From Rhina ancylostomus (Eukaryota): a stretch of DNA of 64,000 bases. The stretch is taken from contig JARFYF010000007.1 in NCBI GenBank assembly GCA_030265395.1, forward strand, positions 42,570,635 through 42,634,634. Direction: 5' to 3'. The position numbers were made by a program, and so were the translations under genes. Shown piece after piece: positions 1-11,789 of this stretch. How positions within the stretch are numbered: the stretch's first letter is position 1; every line of letters starts with the position of its first letter. Under the pieces are notes generated by a model. That model did no database searches. It had not been told where the DNA came from and saw nothing but the letters and a program-made list of their open reading frames with translations.

Positions 1-1869
1 TCACGAGGCAGACAGCTGCATAATTTAATGGTGCGGAATTATATTTCCTTCATCATCCATTTATCAATAGTGCAGTGTGTCCCAATTTGATAATATTATC
101 AGAGGGCCAATATCATCAGTGGCTGATCCCAGTTAAGGTTACTCACATTGCTTAGACCTTACCTGCATCCCTTTGAAAACAGGAGAATGTCAATTTATAG
201 AAGACCCCACCAGATACATTCAAAAGGCAGTGGAAGCCAAAGTCACAGCAGCCACTGCCATAAGCTGAGCCCAGTAACCTTGAATATTATGCTGCAACTT
301 CAGTGATCTTGCACAATTGATCATTGCCCGCGACTCCATCTTCAAACATCATACCCCAACATTACTAGTCTGATACACCCAATCACATGCCTACCAGCAT
401 TTTATCATTCAGGATCCATGGCTAATATCTATCTTAAAATTCCATTACACCACACTTGTGTATGTTGCTCCCCCCTTTTGGGGGTGTGAATTTTAGGAAA
501 ATACATTTCATGAAAAATTCCCAGTCTCATTGCAACCAGTGAACAGTACGAGGTAACCTGCTGTTCAGAATACAAGGTTTGCAAGGCAAAGCTTGAAACC
601 AGTCTCCTCACCTATTGTCCATGATTAGTGAAAGTCTTTTCTGCACTGATGATGCAGCAGGAATGTACACACCAGGAACTAATCCTTCCTCCATTTAGAT
701 ACCCAAGAATTGAAACTCAGATAATCCAGGTTGAAATATTGTCATTAACAATGAAAACACAGTCACTTGATTCCTCATACTCAGCAATCAGCTCAGATAC
801 TGATATGCTTTGTTAACGAGAGCTATAGGATGGAGATGTACCATGGGGAGTATAAATACTCTGCAACCAAGGCAGCAGGTAGGATAATCCATTCAGAAGG
901 GTTCCTGTAAAATTGTTTACCACATAAAATTCATGTGCAGGTTACAGAGGAAGATGCAATGAAATGCCCAGTGCATTGGGGAACCTATCAGAAAGCCCAA
1001 GTTCAATGTCTAGGAGAAATCCAGCACCAAAGTAGCACTGGGCTTTATGCAGAACTTATTTCGGGGGTGGGGATTACTAGCATGACCCAGAAACTTTCAA
1101 ATTATCACGGTTTATTTGGTGTATTTTTCAGAAATTTTGAAAAGGCTGCCATGTATACTGATCCACGATGTACAATAAAAAAAACAAAATTAAAATGTGT
1201 TCTACTGATTCCAATGGGATCTTCCCAGACTAATTTGTATAGATTAGGAAGGCCAGAGAAATTGCCAACATACAGATATCCAAGAGAACTTAAAACTACG
1301 AGCAGCAATAAGAGCAGAGAAATCACTGGAAAAGGCAGCAGGAACGGCGTTAGCCACAGAGCCGGCGAAAGGAGGAGTGGCGACTGTAAAATTAGAGGCA
1401 TGAAAGCAGCAGAAGGTTGAGAACACTTGGCACAGAGTAGTGGGCAGTAGTGGAAAGACTCGCAGGAGGAGAACCTGCAGTTAGTAGGCAGAAGGAGCGG
1501 CAGATGCAGCGGCAGAAACCGTAACACGGAGCCAGCAGGATCAGGACGGCTCACACTCAACTGGCTCAGTCGAATAATGCAGTTGGAAGGCAGTCCTCAG
1601 TGCAAACGAAGAACTGAACAGCTCAGGCTGATCGTATATCTTGCAATTCTCGCATTCCGACTGTCGAACGGCTCCTGTTCTCGCTGGCGCTATAGTTACA
1701 CTGTTTAACCTCTTCTCCACCGAAGAAAAAAAATCATTGCCTGAATACTTGAGTGCAGAAAATATTGCGACTAGTAACCATCAAAAAAATACACCAGTGA
1801 CAAAGTTCCTCTTTCTATTTGTTTTCGGATAATTGGTGATGCCGGCATAAACACAATGCATTTATTGGA

Positions 1870-2117
1870 GACATAAGAGAGACTGCAGATGCTGCAAATC
1901 TGGAGTAATACACCCAATCTGGAACTCAGCGGGTCAGGCCGCATCTATGGAGGGAAATAAACAGTCGGAGTTTCGGGCCGAGACCCTTCAGCAAGACTGG
2001 CTGTCTGACCCCGGTCCTGCTGAAGGGTCCCAACCCGAAAAGTCGACTGTCGATTTCTCGCCATTAGATGCTGCCTGACCCGCCGAGTTCCTCCAGCATC
2101 TTGTGTGCGTTGCTCCA
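1870..2117. mobile_element. Penelope-derived inverted terminal-repeat pair (palindromic non-autonomous element)
   Basis: Arms of about 80 bp (1921-2000 vs 2011-2091) in inverted orientation; each carries a hammerhead-like motif. Confidence 0.75.
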
Positions 2118-2374
2118 CATTTATTGTCAGTCCTAGTTCCCCTGAAGTGCTGGTGGACTTCCATCCATGGTAGAAAATACTTTTACAACAGTGTGGTTCG
2201 CTGAACTTCAAGACGCCGATTTCGCATTCACATTTTTACCTTTCCGTTGTTTATTCAGCCCCTATGCCCCATCCTTTATTCCCACACGTATGGGGACCGT
2301 GGAATGTCTGACTGAATGTGACATGTTCCATAATATGCTATGTTGTTGGCTAAATTTTGAGCTGAAGCGCTGCA

Positions 2375-2472
2375 GAGGGTGGCGCGTAGATGGAATGAGC
2401 TGCCAGAGAACGTGGTTGAGGCAGGTACAACAACATTTACAAAAGACATTTGGATAAGTACCTGGATAAGAA
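2375..2472 (+). mobile_element. CR1 LINE 3' fragment
   Basis: WNELPENVVEAGTTTFTK..LDKYLD-type C-terminal motif. Confidence 0.75.
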
Positions 2473-2477
2473 AGTTT

Positions 2478-2735
2478 TTATTGGTATTAGTTTATTATTG
2501 TCACTTGCACCGAGGTACAGTGAAAAACTTGTCTTGCATACGGATTGTACAGATCACAGTGCAGTTACATTGAGTTAGTACAGAGCGCATTGAGGTAGTA
2601 CAGGTGAAAACAATAACAGTACAGAGAAAGTGCAGTGCAATAAGGTGCAAGGTCACATCAAGGTAGATCGTGAGGTCAGAGTCCATCTCATTGTATAAGG
2701 AAACTGTTCAATAGTCTTATCACAGTGGGGTAGAA
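2478..2735 (-). mobile_element. Rex1/Babar-like LINE 3' end
   Basis: FYPTVIRLLN C-terminal motif followed by a 3' UTR ending gtgacaataataaac; related tails at 30335-30582 (+) and 57310-57470 (+). Confidence 0.65.
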
Positions 2736-4239
2736 NNNNNNNNNNNNNNNNNNNNNNNNNNNNNNNNNNNNNNNNNNNNNNNNNNNNNNNNNNNNNNNNN
2801 NNNNNNNNNNNNNNNNNNNNNNNNNNNNNNNNNNNTCATCGTGCCTTTGCAGTTGCCTGTCAGCTAACTGCTGCTCCAATACAGAATGTGCAGACAGCAG
2901 AATGGCTTTTAGACCAAAGCTACTCAAGATAGTCTCCACAACCTTCTGTTGTCTTCTTCACTGAGAGCTAGCAGTCTTGCACAAACCATGTTGCAGCCGC
3001 TGGGGTAACAATCCATTGAAACAGAGCAGCAGCAGTGGTAGTTCATCTGAACCCTGTAGCCTCCACTCAGCATCATGGCTGATCTTGCATCTCAATACCA
3101 TATTCCCACTCTCCCTCCATACCCTTTGATACCTTTTGTGCCCTGCTCTCATTCTTCAAAACGCTAGTAAATACAGGCCTAGCCTCCACATACACAACAG
3201 TAATAACATCCCAGGAATCAATCCAGTGAACCTCCAAGTACATTGTTGAAGCACCAGAAAGATAGGCACTAAAGAATGCACAAGGGCAATTGCTTGACTT
3301 TTGTTTGGAATACAACAATGATATTTAGATATTTTGCTTACAATGCTTATTTTGTGTTCTCTTGTTTATGTATGTGGCTATACAATCACTGTGATCTTCA
3401 GTAACCAAAAGATAAAGAGTGAGACCTGAGGTGACGGGGAAATTTAGATTGTTATTATTGTGTAACAGTCACGGACAACACAAGAGTAAAGGGTCATCTT
3501 GTTTTGTCTCCTCCACGAAGATTGTGAACTGTGCACCAGGGATTATGACAGCAAGGTAGCATTTTCCACAATGTAGCATGGCTCCAAACCACTTTTAAAG
3601 CATGCAATCATATTTCGTGCAGCAGCAGTTTCAGTTTATGCTTTGTAAACAGACCAGAATCAGCAATGCTTCCAGAAGGTAGCCCAGGAACCACAATTTG
3701 GTTTCCTGCTAGAGCTTAAATGCAGCTGGCATGGTGGACTGCTGCAAAATTAAGACATCAATGCTGCTAAGTCACCAGGTACTGAACTGCACAATTTGGT
3801 AGCCATCAGAGAAACATTGTTATGCCCCGCTGAGAGACTGTAGTTGTGGAAGCTGAATTTGGTGAGAATCTCCTTATTGGTGAACAGAGGCATGACATGT
3901 AAACTTCTGAGTTTTGAGTAGGAAAATTAAACCCTGAACACCTTGCATAGATATAGCCTCCATCCAAACATCTGCCTTGTACTCCAATCTCTTTCCAGTT
4001 TGTCCTGCTCTACATGTCCTCTGCTCACACTCCCAATTAAGTTTCTATTGCAAGGGGAATGCTGACTCATACATTCAAGTGGAAGCAACTGATTTGTGCA
4101 GAGCTGAAAGGTCAGCAAGATGTCTATTGGCATTTACCCCGTGAAATATGCAATTTGAAAAATCCATAGAATCTACCCAACATTTGCAGAATAAATCACA
4201 AAGAGCAGAGAATAAAAAGTAACCAAACTCCAAACAGTG

Positions 4240-4470
4240 CATAGAGACAGAACAGACTGCAGATGCTGTAATCTGGAGCAAAAAACTGCAGGAGGAACTC
4301 AGCAGGGCAAAAGGCATCTGTGGAGACAAAGGGATAGTCAATGTTTTGGGTTGAGACCCTGCATCCAGACATCAGCACCTCCTTTCTCCTCCCAGTTGGT
4401 GCTTGACCACTGAATTCTTCTAGCAGGTTAATTTTTGCTCCTCACTCCAGATGACAGCATCTGCAGTTTC
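4240..4470. mobile_element. Penelope-derived terminal-repeat palindrome
   Basis: actgcagatgctgtaatctggagcaaaaa...ttttgctc...ccagatgacagcatctgcagt inverted ends; same family as 1870-2117. Confidence 0.7.
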
Positions 4471-4811
4471 TCATCTTCACAAAATAAATTTAGCTCAGTC
4501 TCTTCTCGTCAATGTAAGACTGGGCAATTTAATATTAGCCAAGAAACAGAAACTTCACAATGTACAATACAAGACCATTACCAGGACACATCTTGCACCA
4601 AAAAACAGAATACAGACTTTGTATTATCAGATCTTAAATGTAATTTTAAGACTCCACTAATTTGTCAGTTAATAAAGGCCATGTATAACTGTAAATAAAG
4701 TGTTTAAATGCTAGTGTGTAATGAAAATCCTCACAGGATCCCGGAGGCAATAGGGTTTGCTTGACTCAAAAGGGGGAAAAGAAAACAAACCCATGATTTC
4801 TACTGCCAGAT

Positions 4812-5190
4812 GTTCTCATAAAACAGTACAGGAACAGGTCTTTCAGCCCACCATGTCTGAGCTGAACATGATGCCAAATTTAATGAATCCCTCATGCCTG
4901 CACAATCCAGATCTGTCCATTCCTGCATACTCATGTGCCATATAAACAGCTCCTTAACACCACTATTGGATCTACTTCCACCACTATCCCTGGCAGCCTG
5001 TTCCAGGCACCTACCACTCTCTGCAAAAAAACTTGCCATGCACATCTCCTTTGAACTACTCCCTCTCACCTTAAAGCTATGCCCTCTGGTAGTTAGCATT
5101 CCTATCCTGTGAAAAAGATTCTGATAGTTTACCCCATCTATACCTCTCATAACTTCATAGAAGTTTATGAAATCTCCCCTCAGCCTCTGA
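4812..5190 (-). mobile_element. CR1 LINE 3' fragment
   Basis: MRGIDGVNYQNLFHRIGMLTTRGHSFKVRG (TRGH motif) plus the typical 3' UTR. Confidence 0.85.
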
Positions 5191-5845
5191 CAATATCACA
5201 ATACTCATGTGACTATTCTTGAAATTGCTCTTTACTTCACTTTTGTCTACCCTTACATCTACGCTGTGCACCTCTTACGTGAAAAAGACTACAAGTAACT
5301 GGGGAGTTGATGTATTTAGGGTGATAGCAAAAGGGGGGGGGGGGGCGGAAGAAAACAGCTAGGTTAAAAAAACTTAAATATCCGTAAGACTTCTCCAATA
5401 GGGTGCTTGAAAAGATAAGTGACCGTTACTGCAGTACATTAATACATTGCTCCATTGCAAAAGAAACAAGATATAGGTTTCTAGTATCAGGCATTCTACA
5501 GGAAATGCAACAAGAGACAGAACTTAGCTCCTTTCACACATCCAACAGGCATCTGGAGAGATCAATTACATACTGAAGTATAGCCAACTTACTCAAAAAT
5601 GGGCTAAAGAAAATCAGAAATAAACATTCCATGGCTGCATGACAACAACCAGGAAAATGTCTAAAAAGTATCAATAGGAATAAGAGGAACACAAGCAGAA
5701 ACTTATCAGTCCTATCCATCAAAAATATCTGGTTTTATCCATCTTCACATCCACACCACTGTCTTATAAGTTATACAATGGCCAGGATTTGTGATTAATG
5801 GGGGAAACTTGACAGCCAGATTATGTTAATCATGAAAAACCAATA

Positions 5846-6094
5846 CAAGTGACCCCTGCATTACAGCTGTTCAGGTAATGGAAATTCACCCTTAGAGAAT
5901 TCTCAAATTATTACCCAAAAATTTGGGATATGGAGTTAAATTTACTCTCGTGGAACTCATTAAAAAAAACATTTTTTCTACCTCACATTTTTTTGATGTA
6001 TGCGCAGATAATGCAGTTTCACGTTACAGAAAATAATAATATGGAGTTTTCTAGGAATGCAACAACCCCCAGCCCCGAATGTGGGGGTCTCCTG
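5846..6094. mobile_element. Tc1/mariner-type (Tigger-like) MITE, copy 1
   Basis: TA flanks; ends caagtgacccctgcatt / aatgtgggggtctcctg; similar copies at 7909, 42548 and 55898. Confidence 0.65.
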
Positions 6095-7727
6095 TAGGTG
6101 CTATTAGCAATTCCCTGTTCATCCATAGGGTGCATTGCTGCACGTTTTGCAGTGTAATCAATAGGACCAGTGAACTGACAAGGATGAACCATTTACAAAC
6201 TATTCAGGTTGGAAAAAATGTCTCAAAATTCTTTCGTCTAACAGTCGGTTCAACCTGTTTGACACCAAGTTTCCTTTTGGTGATGCAGGGCAGCAAATGA
6301 CATTAAGATAATGGAGATTTGTGCCACAAGCCTCCACATCTCTGTGGAAACTTTCTTCAGAGTCTAAAGAGAACTCAATGATTTGCCAAACCAAAAAAAT
6401 CCATACGTGTGTATCTAAAAATATCCTCACTTGCAATCCCTAGAATTTTTCTGTCTTATTTACCTTCCAGATTTCTGTTTTTAATCAAGTCCAGCTACCT
6501 ATGTATTCTGCTCAACTCTACAGCATCATTGGTAGCAAAGCTTCTGCCACAAATTCTCAGACTGTGCTAATAGTGTAGATTTATTATAAGCAGTAGAAGA
6601 GAGTTGAATGAAATCCTGGCAGTGGCCAATATTGCAAGAAAAGTTTGGAGTATCCAGCACTGCATCTTCTGATGCTGGAACGGTCATTAGGCTTGAAAGG
6701 AAATTTCCGAACTGGCCTCTGCCTCACACTTTGCTTTGGGCAGAAGGTGAGGAATGGATTTTCTGCATTTAGTTCAGCTGTGCTTTGTTGCTCTATCAAT
6801 CATCAATTTTAAAGTGCTTTAATGATACCCCCCACCCCCAAAAAAAAATTCTCTCCAAATTTATATTAATTTGATCTTCAATTGTTTCTCTACATCTCTT
6901 CTGGTTTTGAGTTATAAAAATAACATCTCAATTTCAACAAAACACAACTTTCAAAAGACCACAGATGTAACTTCAAGGACAGCAGAAGCCTAGGCCCTGT
7001 CAAAAAGTAAAGCAGACAGACAATTCATGGTAAAATGTAAAAGATTTGGAGTACATGCCATGACTTGAAGCGAGTCAAAAATTCACAACTGGAAAATTAC
7101 AGATGGTTACCCAACTCCACCAGACCCACTCTCCAGTCCTGGCCTTGGCACCACTACTCCCCAATTTCCTGAAACATGCATACTTAGTTCCAACACGTGG
7201 AAGCATGACTTTTTACCTCCATCCCCTCAATTTGCATTTTAGAAAGTGCCAAGTACAAAGACTATACATATTACACAATAATAATTGAAGCATTCAAATG
7301 GCCATTGGTTATTTGTTTACATGGTAGAGCATATAGAATAAGATACTCAGATAAAATTCAGAATCCTACAAAATGAAAATGGAATTGAGATCTCTTCAGT
7401 TACTATTAACTATTGACAAATTATGAAATATCCTTAAAATATGGCCAATACAATATGTAGTTTTGCAGTTGACTTCAAATTGTCAACTCAGTCACATGAT
7501 AAATAAAAGCAGCAGAACTTTGTCATACAATTGTTTCCACTGCTACTTCAAAATCATTGACAAATTCTAAGTGCAACACTATAGCATTCTAAACATTAGA
7601 AAAAATTTCTTTACATCTGTTCAATCTTTGTAAAATTTCAATGGTATCACCTTTATTTAAAAAAATAGTCGAATGTATCAGTCTGCTAGAACAACTTTTT
7701 AAAAAAACATACACAAAAATAAAATAC

Positions 7728-7832
7728 CTGGGCACCAGGTACAGAGCTGAAGGGGTTAGAAGGTCTCATGACTGGCTGAGTGTACATCATTGTTGGTTGT
7801 GTCATCAAAGGCATAGTTCCCATTGGAGGTGG
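7728..7832 (-). CDS. PICALM: PICALM exon 20 (105 nt)
   Basis: PPPMGTMPLMTQPTMMYTQPVMRPSNPFSSVPGAQ; NPF motif; tag acceptor, CAG|gtattt donor. Confidence 0.95.
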
Positions 7833-7908
7833 CTAGAGAAGTAAACGCCACAAAGAAATTACAGTTCAAGCAAATGGTTTCACCTCCTACAAAAAGATAA
7901 TAAGATTA

Positions 7909-8162
7909 CAAGTGATCCCTGCATTACAGCCATTCAGATAATGGAAATGAGCCCCTAGAATTCACAAATCACTACCCAAAAATGTATGTAATACAGTTCA
8001 CTCTCACAGAATTTATGTGGAAAAAACTAAATAAGTAAAAATTTTTTTTAAATCAACTCAAGTTCCTTGAGGCACATACAGATGATGCAGCTTCATGTTA
8101 TGGAAAATCACGATACTAACCACTTTCAGCAAACACAATTCCCCTGTAATGCAGGTCTCACT
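7909..8162. mobile_element. Same MITE family, copy 2
   Basis: caagtgatccctgcattacag ... ctgtaatgcaggtctcact inverted ends; internally similar to copy 1. Confidence 0.65.
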
Positions 8163-8783
8163 TAAACTTAGAGCAGCATTTAAATGTTACGGAGCTTACA
8201 GTTTAGTTACAAAATATACAAAGTACACCAAATATTTTATCAGATTCAAAATTTAGAAAGCCTCAATTATGAGAGTATCCAATGGTTTCCAATCGTTAAA
8301 AATAATCACCCTGTACTATTTTGTTGAACATTGTAGGAAATGACATCCCACTGATTTTCTCAGGAGATAAGAATCTTTAAAGAAAGGATATGTACAAGCA
8401 AATTCTTATATATAAATGAGAAAAGTCTAATGACTTGATTACGATAGTAAAAGACAGGTTCTACCTGAAAATATTGCCCTCTTATAACAGGTAGGAATAC
8501 TTTGGTAATATAATGATCACTGTAAAGCTTTTGGCCACAGGCGAATTGAGGAACCACCAACATTTGAGAACCGAAAATAACATGATACCAAAATTACAAG
8601 GTAGCTTTTATATATGCAATGTAGGCAAGTTATGAGCTGTTTTTAATAGCATTTTCCTCAGATGAACTGAAGAATGTTTTAAAACTTTTTTTATACACAC
8701 ATCTGCTCAGTATAAAAATAGTTTGTGCAATGAGAGGCAAAAGATCAAATAAAATCTGGAAAAAAAAGTTTAAAAGCACTTAC

Positions 8784-8843
8784 CATGCCATATCCCATCA
8801 CCGCTGTTGGCGTTGTGGCTGGGTAAGCCATAATGGGAGGAGC
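8784..8843 (-). CDS. PICALM: PICALM exon 19 (60 nt)
   Basis: APPIMAYPATTPTAVMGYGM; tag acceptor, gtaagt donor. Confidence 0.94.
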
Positions 8844-9824
8844 CTAAATCAGAATCATTTGATTACAAGGTAGCAAAAAAAATTTAACAACAATTACAAC
8901 TATACATTTAAAGATAACTTCCAAACCCAAAACAATATGCTATGTAATTATCCAGTCAAATACTGTGTCATTTGCAAAATAGTGCAATGTACAGAAAATA
9001 AGAATACGCTGATGTTGCACTTCCTCAAAGTTCCCCCAAAATACAAAGTAATTCACATGCGTTTTACAATAAAGTGTGGTCAATTATCTAATACACAGAA
9101 TTGCAGCCAAAGCTGTACAATTGGTTAATCATACTAGAATGTGACATTTTCTTTTAAATTTCACAACAGATTTGAAATTGCAAAAATATCCCCTGAAGCT
9201 TCATTAAAAAAAAACATAGCATTAGAATCACAAAATAGTTACATAAACATAATGGTTGTACTACTAGACTGGTAGACCACAGACCAATGGTCTGATAATA
9301 CGAGTTTGCATTTTATCGAACCACTACAACTAGTGGCAGGAGGTGAGAAAACCAACACAGCAAGAAAAGGCTATTTGAACTTGCTTATGTTAATTTATCT
9401 TTCACAGCCCATGATTGTATGGTAGGGGTGACTGAAAACTGTGTGCAGGAAGTCCCATCATTATGGGAAAACAATGTATCATTGTATGGGATTTACTGTG
9501 GCAGATTAACAACCAATCTTGTTCCTTAAAATAGGGCTGCAGTTTGGGCCAACAGCAGCAGTAGAATTATAGTTCAATGCATTTCACTCTACCTTTAAAT
9601 CAAGCTAGAGGATTAACCCTTGCTAAATGAAAATGTAAAAACATGCCAGGACCTATTGCACCCAATAATGAGATACCAACTTGGTGAAGTTCCGCCACTG
9701 GGCTAAGCTACATGCATACTTAACAACTATGGCAACACATTATAGAGAAAGAGATAAGCTATCTCAGAACTAAAGGATCAAAACAAATATCTCAAGGTTT
9801 GCCACATCCAATTATGAATGGAAG

Positions 9825-10125
9825 TGACACAACAGTGAGGACTATAGCTACACAGCACTAGGGGCCTGGGTTTGATCCAGACCTTGGATGTTGTACGTGT
9901 GGAGTTTGGACGCTTCACCAATAATTGTGGGTTTACCAGTGGATGCTCCAATTTCCTCCTGCACCTCAAATAGTAGGTTAATTGCCTACTGTAAAATGGC
10001 CCTTGTGTCATTGGGTGACAGGAGAAGCTGGTGAGTTAATGGGCATGCGAGAGAGGTTACAGGGAAACAAGTTGGGGATTGGGAATGACATGAATGCTCA
10101 GAGTTGACTTAGATTCCTTCTATAT
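9825..10125 (+). mobile_element. Decayed V-SINE
   Basis: cctgggtttgatccagacc B-box-like; gtgggtttaccagtggatgctccaatttcctcc V-domain-like; related copies at about 29860-30170 (-) and 32820-33090 (+). Confidence 0.65.
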
Positions 10126-10769
10126 AACAGGAAAATGAGGAAATTTCATTTCTAGCTCCACATTCAATAATGACAGAGCCCAGTATAAAAGACAAAGATT
10201 TTTTTTTGGCCTTCCACAGCCAGAAGCACTTCATGAATGATCCACCCATTTCTACTCCAGAGGACCCCATTAGTACAGAACTAATTCAATTCACTCTGCA
10301 TGATATCAAGAAAAATGAAAACATTAGATAGATCGAGGGTCACAAGTCTCTGACAACATCCTAGTTGTAGTACTGAAACCTTGTGCCAGAAATAGCAATG
10401 CTTCCAGCACTGGTATATCCTTGTGCACCAACAGTATTCAGATCCAACCAACAAAATGATGTAGGTACACACACACTGTGCCCAAAAATCATAATCCCAA
10501 TCGAGTTAGTTTATTTTCCACATTCAGCAAAGCATCTTTGAGGGCAGTAATCAAGCAGCAGTTATTCACCAAGCTCATTGATGTTCAAGTTAAGTTCTGT
10601 TGGGACCATTTGAATAAGGAACTATTACAACTTTCCTTCAAAAATAAACAAAAGGAACCAAACTCCAGATGTGTGTTGGAAATATCCGCCCATAAAAAGT
10701 AATGAAACATTCACCAGAATGGGATCAAGAGAAACTTAATATTGAGGCAGTCAATAACCAAATGCAGCA

Positions 10770-11420
10770 AGCCTGTGACTGGTAAGTGACAAGTGTGATT
10801 TGCACCCTACAAGTACCAGGCAATAAGCATTGCCAAAAGTCTCAGCTCCTGCCTTTAGTGTTCAATATCGCTAACATCAAAAATTCTGCTTCACTTTGAG
10901 AGTGAATACTGACCAGAAACTTAACTGAACCAGACTTGTCCTGTGTTATTAGGACAGTTCACTTTTGCACCCTGTAAAGCATGTACATTATTATGAAATA
11001 CTCTCCACTTGCCTAAATGAGTGCAGTTTTGATGATGCTCTGGAGCTTGATACCATCAACGACAAAGCAACTCTCTTAACTGGCATTCCATTCATGTTAA
11101 ATACTTGCTCCTCCACTGGAACCCCATCATGGTTATGATGCACATTTAAGAAACACTACTGCAACTCACAAATGCATCATTCATATAACCAAACAAACCC
11201 ATGAACTTTAATACCCAAAAAGAGGAGAACAGGGCCACAGGTCCCCTAATCAGCATGGTCCACTTCAAACCACACATCATTCTGAGTGGGAAATGTATCA
11301 TTGCTCCTGCAGGAAAAGTTCTCCAGCTCCCTGACGATACTCCATTATACGAGCTTCTGTGATTTAAGGTAGCTCATCACTGCCATCTCAAAACCAATCA
11401 GGTTTAGCTAATAACTGCTG
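10770..11420 (+). mobile_element. 3' fragment of a CR1-group-like LINE
   Basis: Decayed post-RT sequence (QV*FAPYKYQAISI-like). The same family appears inverted at about 13640-13850 and 63270-63345. Confidence 0.55.
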
Positions 11421-11437
11421 AAATTTTAAGTAATGCC

Positions 11438-11789
11438 TGTTACATATGCACAGAGCAAGAACGACAATGGTGTGATAGAATAAACATTTTTACTGATTCA
11501 TATTAATCAAACTACAGAAACTGAGCAACCTACAATTGCAAACCCCTTAAGTTTGTAGGGACCTAAAAATGCGCGTCCCCTAAGTCCCGCGCCAAAAGTG
11601 AAGTTGCACACATCAGAGGTCATCGCTCCACCGAGCGATTGGCCGGCCAGTGCACGTGCGAATAGGTGTACACGTGCGTACTGCCACATTCGCGCCACTG
11701 ATCCACTGGACAACTGACCGACCGGCATACACAAAGGTATGTGCTAGGGCATTCACTCCATTCTCCATACGGTTCGTCCGTATGGTTCA
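11438..11789 (-). repeat. 3' LTR of the Gypsy element
   Basis: TG...CA ends; preceded on the minus strand by polypurine tract GGGGAGGGA (11790-11798); diverged direct repeat of 18745-19230. Confidence 0.8.

Noticed and set aside
1105-1560. 151-aa hydrophobic minus-strand ORF as a membrane-protein gene
   Set aside because: It is the antisense shadow of a purine-rich plus-strand stretch, has a non-ATG start and no recognisable domain
6584-6799. 71-aa minus-strand ORF containing ENPFLT (NPF motif) downstream of exon 20, as an alternative last exon
   Set aside because: The only phase-0 acceptor is a GAG with no polypyrimidine tract, and the other AGs are out of phase with exon 20; probably chance
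9230-9255. Minus-strand ATT ATG TTT ATG TAA (IMFM*) resembling the PICALM C-terminus
   Set aside because: It lies upstream of exons 19-20 and has no AG acceptor
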